DNA of 64,000 nucleotides from Eledone cirrhosa. Taxonomy: Eukaryota. The notes under the pieces are model-generated. The model was not told where the DNA came from, did no database searches, and saw only the letters and a list, made by a program, of their open reading frames with translations. The stretch's first letter is position 1. The number at the start of each line of letters is the position of its first letter. Positions 56,411-64,000 of this stretch are shown piece by piece. The position numbers and the translations under genes were made by a program. The stretch lies in NCBI GenBank assembly GCA_964016885.1, contig OZ024760.1, forward strand, positions 33,170,001 through 33,234,000, read 5' to 3'.

Positions 56411-57139
56411 GCTTTACTACCAGTGAACTGAGGTAACACCCCTTATCTCAGCTTTACTACCAGTTAACTGAGGTAACACTCCTTATCTCAACTTTACTAC
56501 CAGTGAACTGAGGTAACACCCCTTATCTCAACTTTACTACCAGTGAACTGAGGTAACATCCCTTATCTCAGCTTTACTACCAGTTAATGAGGTAACACTC
56601 CTTATCTCAACTTTACTACCAGTGAACTGAGGTAACACCCCTTATCTCAACTTTACTACCAGTTAACTGAGGTAACACTCCTTATCTCAGCTTTACTACC
56701 AGTTAACTGAGGTAACACTCCTTATCTCAGCTTTACTACCAGTTAACTGAGGTAACACCCCTTACCTCAGCATTACTACCAGTTAACTGAGGTAACACCC
56801 CTTACCTCAGCTTTACTACCAGTTAACTGAGGTAACACCCCTTACCTCAGCGTTACTACCAGTTAACTGAGGTAACCCTCCTTATCTCAGCTTTACTACC
56901 AGTTAACTGAGGTAACCCTCCTTATCTCAGCTTTACTACCAGTGAACTGAGGTAACACCCCTTATCTCAGCTTTACTACCAGTGAACTGAGGTAACATCC
57001 CTTATCTCAGCTTTACTACCAGTGAACTGAGGTAACACCCCTTATCTCAGATTTACTACCAGTTAACTGAGGTAACATCCCTTATCTCAGCTTTACTACC
57101 AGTTAACTGAGGTATCACCCCTTATCTCAACTTTACTAC

Positions 57140-58440
57140 CAGTTAACTGAGGTAACACTCCTTATCTCAGCTTTACTACCAGTTAACTGAGGTAACACTC
57201 CTTATCTCAGCTTTAATACCAGTTAACTGAGGTAACACCCCTTATATCAGCTTTAATACCAGTTAACTGAGGTAACACCCCTTATCTCAGCTTTAATACC
57301 AGTTAACTGAGGTAACACCCCTTATCTCAGCTTTACTACCAGTTAACTGAGGTAACACCCCTTATCTCAGCTTTACTACAAGTTAACTGAGGTAACACCC
57401 CTTATCTCAGCTTTAATACCAGTTAACTGAGGTAACACTCCTTATCTCAGCTTTACTACCAGTTAACTGAGGTAACACCCCTTATCTCAGCTTTACTACC
57501 AGTGAACTGAGGTAACACACCTTATCTCAGCTTTACTACCAGTTAACTGAGTTAACACTCCTTATCTCAGCTTTACTACCAGTTAATTGAGGTAACACTC
57601 CTTATCTCAGCTTTACTACCAGTGAACTGAGGTAACACCCCTTATCTCAGCTTTACTACCAGTTAATGAGGTAACACTCCTTATCTCAACTTTAATACCA
57701 GTTAACTGAGGTAACACCCCTTATCTCAGCTTTACTACCAGTGAACTGAGGTAACACACCTTATCTCAGCTTTACTACCAGTTAACTGAGGTAACACTCC
57801 TTATCTCAGCTTTACTACCAGTTAACTGAGGTAACACTCCTTATCTCAGCTTTAATACCAGTTAACTGAGGTAACACCCCTTATATCAGCTTTAATACCA
57901 GTTAACTGAGGTAACACCCCTTATCTCAGCTTTAATACCAGTTAACTGAGGTAACACCCCTTATCTCAGCTTTACTACCAGTTAACTGAGGTAACACCCC
58001 TTATCTCAGCTTTACTACAAGTTAACTGAGGTAACACCCCTTATCTCAGCTTTAATACCAGTTAACTGAGGTAACACTCCTTATCTCAGCTTTACTACCA
58101 GTTAACTGAGGTAACACCCCTTATCTCAGCTTTACTACCAGTGAACTGAGGTAACACACCTTATCTCAGCTTTACTACCAGTTAACTGAGTTAACACTCC
58201 TTATCTCAGCTTTACTACCAGTTAATTGAGGTAACACTCCTTATCTCAGCTTTACTACCAGTGAACTGAGGTAACACCCCTTATCTCAGCTTTACTACCA
58301 GTTAATGAGGTAACACTCCTTATCTCAACTTTAATACCAGTTAACTGAGGTAACACCCCTTATCTCAGCTTTACTACCAGTGAACTGAGGTAACACACCT
58401 TATCTCAGCTTTACTACCAGTTAACTGAGGTAACACTCCT
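57140..58440 (+). repeat. Tandem duplication, 639-bp unit (16 monomers)
   Basis: CTTTACTACAAG 57371/58010; GAGTTAACACTCC 57549/58188. Confidence 0.88.
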
Positions 58441-60289
58441 TATCTCAGCTTTACTACCAGTTAATTGAGGTAACACTCCTTATCTCAGCTTTACTACCAG
58501 TGAACTGAGGTAACACCCCTTATCTCAGCTTTACTACCAGTTAATGAGGTAACACTCCTTATCTCAACTTTACTACCAGTGAACTGAGGTAACACCCCTT
58601 ATCTCAACTTTACTACCAGTGAACTGAGGTAACATCCCTTATCTCAGCTTTACTACCAGTGAACTGAGGTAACACCCCTTATCTCAACTTTACTCCCAGT
58701 TAACTGAGGTAACACCCCTTATCTCAGCTTTACTACCAGTTAACTGAGGTAACACTCCTTATCTCAGCTTTACTACCAGTTAATTGAGGTAACACTCCTT
58801 ATCTCAGCTTTACTACCAGTGAACTGAGGTAACACCCCTTATCTCAGCTTTACTACCAGTTAATGAGGTAACACTCCTTATCTCAACTTTACTACCAGTG
58901 AACTGAGGTAACACCCCTTATCTCAACTTTACTACCAGTTAACTGAGGTAACACTCCTTATCTCAGCTTTACTACCAGTTAACTGAGGTAACACCCCTTA
59001 CCTCAGCATTACTACCAGTTAACTGAGGTAACACCCCTTACCTCAGCTTTACTACCAGTTAACTGAGGTAACACCCCTTACCTCAGCGTTACTACCAGTT
59101 AACTGAGGTAACCCTCCTTATCTCAGCTTTACTACCAGTTAACTGAGGTAACACCCCTTATCTCAACTTTACAACCAGTGAACTGAGGTAACATCCCTTA
59201 TCTCAGCTTTACTACCAGTGAACTGAGGTAACACCCCTTATCTCAACTTTACTACCAGTTAACTGAGGTAACACACCTTATCTCAGCTTTACTACCAGTT
59301 AACTGAGGTAACCCTCCGTTATCTCAGCTTTACTACCAGTGAACTGAGGTAACACCCCTTATCTCAGCTTTACTACCAGTTAATGAGGTAACACTCCTTA
59401 TCTCAACTTTACTACCAGTGAACTGAGGTAACACCCCTTATCTCAACTTTACTACCAGTGAACTGAGGTAACATCCCTTATCTCAGCTTTACTACCAGTG
59501 AACTGAGGTAACACCCCTTATCTCAGATTTACTACCAGTTAACTGAGGTAACATCCCTTATCTCAGCTTTACTACCAGTTAACTGATGTATCACCCCTTA
59601 TCTCAACTCTACTACCAGTTAACTGAGGTAACACTCCTTATCTCAGCTTTACTACCAGTTAACTGAGGTAACACTCCTTATCTCAGCTTTAATACCAGTT
59701 AACTGAGGTAACACCCCTTATATCAGCTTTAATACCAGTTAACTGAGGTAACACCCCTTATCTCAGCTTTAATACCAGTTAACTGAGGTAACACCCCTTA
59801 TCTCAGCTTTACTACTAGTTAACTGAGGTAACACCCCTTATCTCAGCTTTACTACCAGTTAACTGAGGTAACACCCCTTATCTCAGCTTTAATACCAGTT
59901 AACTGAGGTAACACTCCTTATCTCAGCTTTACTACCAGTTAACTGAGGTAACACCCCTTATCTCAGCTTTACTAACAGTGAACTGAGGTAACACACCTTA
60001 TCTCAGCTTTACTACCAGTTAACTGAGGTAACACTCCTTATCTCAGCTTTACTACCAGTTAATTGAGGTAACACTCCTTATCTCAGCTTTACTACCAGTG
60101 AACTGAGGTAACACCCCTTATCTCAGCTTTACTACCAGTTAATGAGGTAACACTCCTTATCTCAACTTTACTACCAGTGAACTGAGGTAACACCCCTTAT
60201 CTCAACTTTACTACCAGTGAACTGAGGTAACATCCCTTATCTCAGCTTTACTACCAGTGAACTGAGGTAACACCCCTTATCTCAACTTT

Positions 60290-63260
60290 ACTACCAGTTA
60301 ACTGAGGTAACACCCCTTATCTCAGCTTTACTACCAGTTAACTGAGGTAACACTCCTTATCTCAGCTTTACTACCAGTTAATTGAATTAACACTCCTTAT
60401 CTCAGCTTTTCTACCAGTGAACTGAGGTAACACCCCTTATCTCAGCTTTACTACCAGTTAATGAGGTAACACTCCTTATCTCAACTTTACTACCAGTGAA
60501 CTGAGGTAACACCCCTTATCTCAACTTTACTACCAGTGAACTGAGGTAACATCCCTTATCTCAGCTTTACTACCAGTGAACTGAGGTAACACCCCTTATC
60601 TCAACTTTACTACCAGTTAACTGAGGTAACACTCCTTATCTCAGCTTTATTACCAGTTAACTGAGGTAACACTCCTTATCTCAGCTTTACTACCAGTTAA
60701 CTGAGGTAACACCCCTTACCTCAGCATTACTACCAGTTAACTGAGGTAACACCCCTTACCTCAGCTTTACTACCAGTTAACTGAGGTAACACCCCTTACC
60801 TCAGCGTTACTACCAGTTAACTGAGGTAACACACCTTATCTCAGCTCTACTACCAGTTAACTGAGGTAACACTCCTTATCTCAGCTTTACTACCATTTAA
60901 CTGGGGTAACATCCCTTATCTCAGCCTTACTCCCAGTTAACTGAGGTAACATCTCTTACCTCAGCTTTACTACCAGTGAACTGAGGTAACACCCCTTATC
61001 TCAGCTTTACTAGCAGTTAACTGAGGTAACATCCCTTATCTCAGCTTTACTACCAGTGAACTGAGGTAACACCCCTTATCTCAGCTTTACTACCAGTGAA
61101 CTGAGGTAACACCCCTTATCTCAGCTTTACTACCAGTTAACTGAGGTAACACTCCTTATCTCAGCTTTACTACCAGTTAACTGAGGTAACACTCTTTATC
61201 TCGGCTTTACTACCAGTGAACTGAGGTAACACCCCTTATCTCAGCTTTACTACCAGTTAACTGAGGTAACACTCCTTATCTCAGCTTTACTACCAGTGAA
61301 CCGAGGTAACACCCCTTATCTCAGCTTTACTACCAGTTAACTGAGATAACACTCCTTATCTCAGCTTTACTACCAGTGAACTGAGGTAACACCCCTTATC
61401 TCAGCTTTACTACCAGTGAACTGAGGTAACACCCCTTATCTCAGCTTTACTCCCAGTTAACTGAGGTAACATCTCTTGCCTCAACTTTACTACCAGTTAA
61501 CTGAGGTAACACCCCTTACCTCAGCTTTACTACCAGTTAACTGAGGTAACACCCCTTACCTCAGCGTTACTACCATTTAACTGAGGTAACACACCTTATC
61601 TCAGCTCTACTACCAGTTAACTGAGGTAACACTCCTTATCTCAGCTTTACTACCATTTAACTGGGGTAACATCCCTTATCTCAGCCTTACTCCCAGTTAA
61701 CTGAGGTAACATCTCTTACCTCAGCTTTACTACCAGTGAACTGAGGTAACACCCCTTATCTCAGCTTTACTACCAGTTAACTGAGGTAACACCCCTTATC
61801 TCAGCTTTACTACCAGTTAACTGAGGTAACACTCCTTATCTCAGCTTTACTACCAGTTAATTGAATTAACACTCCTTATCTCAGCTTTACTACCAGTGAA
61901 CTGAGGTAACACCCCTTATCTCAGCTTTACTACCAGTTAATGAGGTAACACTCCTTATCTCAACTTTACTACCAGTGAACTGAGGTAACACCCCTTATCT
62001 CAACTTTACTACCAGTGAACTGAGGTAACATCCCTTATCTCAGCTTTACTACCAGTGAACTGAGGTAACACCCCTTATCTCAACTTTACTACCAGTTAAC
62101 TGAGGTAACACTCCTTATCTCAGCTTTATTACCAGTTAACTGAGGTAACACTCCTTATCTCAGCTTTACTACCAGTTAACTGAGGTAACACCCCTTACCT
62201 CAGCATTACTACCAGTTAACTGAGGTAACACCCCTTACCTCAGCTTTACTACCAGTTAACTGAGGTAACACCCCTTACCTCAGCGTTACTACCAGTTAAC
62301 TGAGGTAACACACCTTATCTCAGCTCTACTACCAGTTAACTGAGGTAACACTCCTTATCTCAGCTTTACTACCATTTAACTGGGGTAACATCCCTTATCT
62401 CAGCCTTACTCCCAGTTAACTGAGGTAACATCTCTTACCTCAGCTTTACTACCAGTGAACTGAGGTAACACCCCTTATCTCAGCTTTACTAGCAGTTAAC
62501 TGAGGTAACATCCCTTATCTCAGCTTTACTACCAGTGAACTGAGGTAACACCCCTTATCTCAGCTTTACTACCAGTGAACTGAGGTAACACCCCTTATCT
62601 CAGCTTTACTACCAGTTAACTGAGGTAACACTCCTTATCTCAGCTTTACTACCAGTTAACTGAGGTAACACTCTTTATCTCGGCTTTACTACCAGTGAAC
62701 TGAGGTAACACCCCTTATCTCAGCTTTACTACCAGTTAACTGAGGTAACACTCCTTATCTCAGCTTTACTACCAGTGAACCGAGGTAACACCCCTTATCT
62801 CAGCTTTACTACCAGTTAACTGAGATAACACTCCTTATCTCAGCTTTACTACCAGTGAACTGAGGTAACACCCCTTATCTCAGCTTTACTACCAGTGAAC
62901 TGAGGTAACACCCCTTATCTCAGCTTTACTCCCAGTTAACTGAGGTAACATCTCTTGCCTCAACTTTACTACCAGTTAACTGAGGTAACACCCCTTACCT
63001 CAGCTTTACTACCAGTTAACTGAGGTAACACCCCTTACCTCAGCGTTACTACCATTTAACTGAGGTAACACACCTTATCTCAGCTCTACTACCAGTTAAC
63101 TGAGGTAACACTCCTTATCTCAGCTTTACTACCATTTAACTGGGGTAACATCCCTTATCTCAGCCTTACTCCCAGTTAACTGAGGTAACATCTCTTACCT
63201 CAGCTTTACTACCAGTGAACTGAGGTAACACCCCTTATCTCAGCTTTACTACCAGTTAAC
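60290..63260 (+). repeat. Tandem duplication, 1479-bp unit (37 monomers)
   Basis: TTGAATTAAC 60382/61861; CTTTATTACC 60645/62124; CAGCGTTAC 60802/62281 and 61562/63041. Confidence 0.9.
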
Positions 63261-64000
63261 TGAGGTAACATCCCTTATCTCAGCTTTACTACCAGTGAAC
63301 TGAGGTAACACCCCTTATCTCAGCTTTACTACCAGTGAACTGAGGTAACACGCCTTATCTCAGCTTTACTACCAGTTAACTGAGGTAACACTCCTTATCT
63401 CAGCTTTACTACCAGTTAACTGAGGTAACACTCTTTATCTCGGCTTTACTACCAGTGAACTGAGGTAACACCCCTTATCTCAGCTTTACTACCAGTTAAC
63501 TGAGGTAACACTCCTTATCTCAGCTTTACTACCAGTGAACTGAGGTAACACCCCTTATCTCAGCTTTACTACCAGTTAACTGAGGTAACACTCCTTATCT
63601 CAGCTTTACTACCAGTGAACTGAGGTAACACCCCTTATCTCAGCTTTACTACCAGTGAACTGAGGTAACACCCCTTATCTCAGCTTTACTCCCAGTTAAC
63701 TGAGGTAACATCTCTTGCCTCAACTTTACTACCAGTTAACTGAGGTAACACTCCTTATCTCAGCTTTACTACCAGTGAACTCAGGTAACACCCCTTATCT
63801 CAGCTTTACTCCCAGTAAACTGAGGTAACACCCCTTATCTCAGCTTTACTACCAGTTAACTGAGGTAACACCCCTTATCTCAGCTTTACTACCAGTGAAC
63901 TGAGGTAACACCCCTTATCTCAGATTTACTACCAGTTAACTGAGGTAACATCCCTTATCTCAGCTTTACTACCAGTTAACTGAGGTAACACCCCTTATCT

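Larger units (their letters stand above)
1..64000 (+). repeat. Satellite array of 40-bp monomers (consensus CTGAGGTAACACCCCTTATCTCAGCTTTACTACCAGTTAA), ~1,600 head-to-tail copies, open at both window ends
   Basis: The 40-bp period is visible throughout. Every position read is assignable to a monomer or a 38-44 bp variant, with no inversion or unique insertion seen. Confidence 0.99.
32223..64000 (+). repeat. Right sub-family domain B: more homogeneous 40-mers, frequent CAGTGAACTG, private 39-bp GTTAATGAGG monomer
   Basis: GTTAATGAGG is first seen at 35017 and recurs to ~61940. There are long indel-free runs (about 32200-34870, 45961-50360, 61941-64000). Confidence 0.9.

Noticed and set aside
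1-64000. CRISPR array (palindromic repeats of similar size)
   Set aside because: Units are directly head-to-tail with no unique spacers, the variable loop is only 6 nt, and there are no cas genes.
1-64000. Repetitive protein-coding gene on either strand
   Set aside because: The 40-bp period shifts frame and the palindromic TTAA places stops on both strands. The ORF track shows nothing longer than 64 aa.
1-64000. Telomerase-type repeat, G-quadruplex array, or sequencing/rolling-circle artefact
   Set aside because: The unit is long and heterogeneous, with typically one G4 run per 40 bp on the minus strand. Hierarchically shared multi-base variants indicate real evolutionary history rather than random read error.

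Overview
The whole 64 kb is one uninterrupted, single-orientation tandem array (satellite DNA) of about 1,600 copies of a 40-bp monomer. The consensus is CTGAGGTAACACCCCTTATCTCAGCTTTACTACCAGTTAA (42.5% GC; 12 C vs 5 G on the + strand; no CpG). I see no unique sequence, credible gene, RNA gene, transposon or CRISPR spacer, and I cannot assign the repeat to a named family or organism. Length and organisation are most typical of a eukaryotic satellite (inference). The monomer is structured: CTGAGGTAA can pair downstream with TTAYCTCAG (9-bp stem, variable 6-nt loop) or upstream across the palindrome CAGTTAACTG. Several recurrent multi-base variants improve these inverted repeats. Variant markers divide the array into a left domain (1 to ~32.2 kb; GGTACATCCC 39-mers, CAGGTAAGT variants) and a right domain (~32.2-64 kb; GTGAAC-rich, GTTAATGAGG 39-mers). 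The last ~7 kb of the left domain (~25.4-32.2 kb) is the most diverged part. Both domains grew by nested duplications with offsets from 119 bp to ~16 kb. Offsets were measured by eye from marker variants, so block boundaries are approximate.
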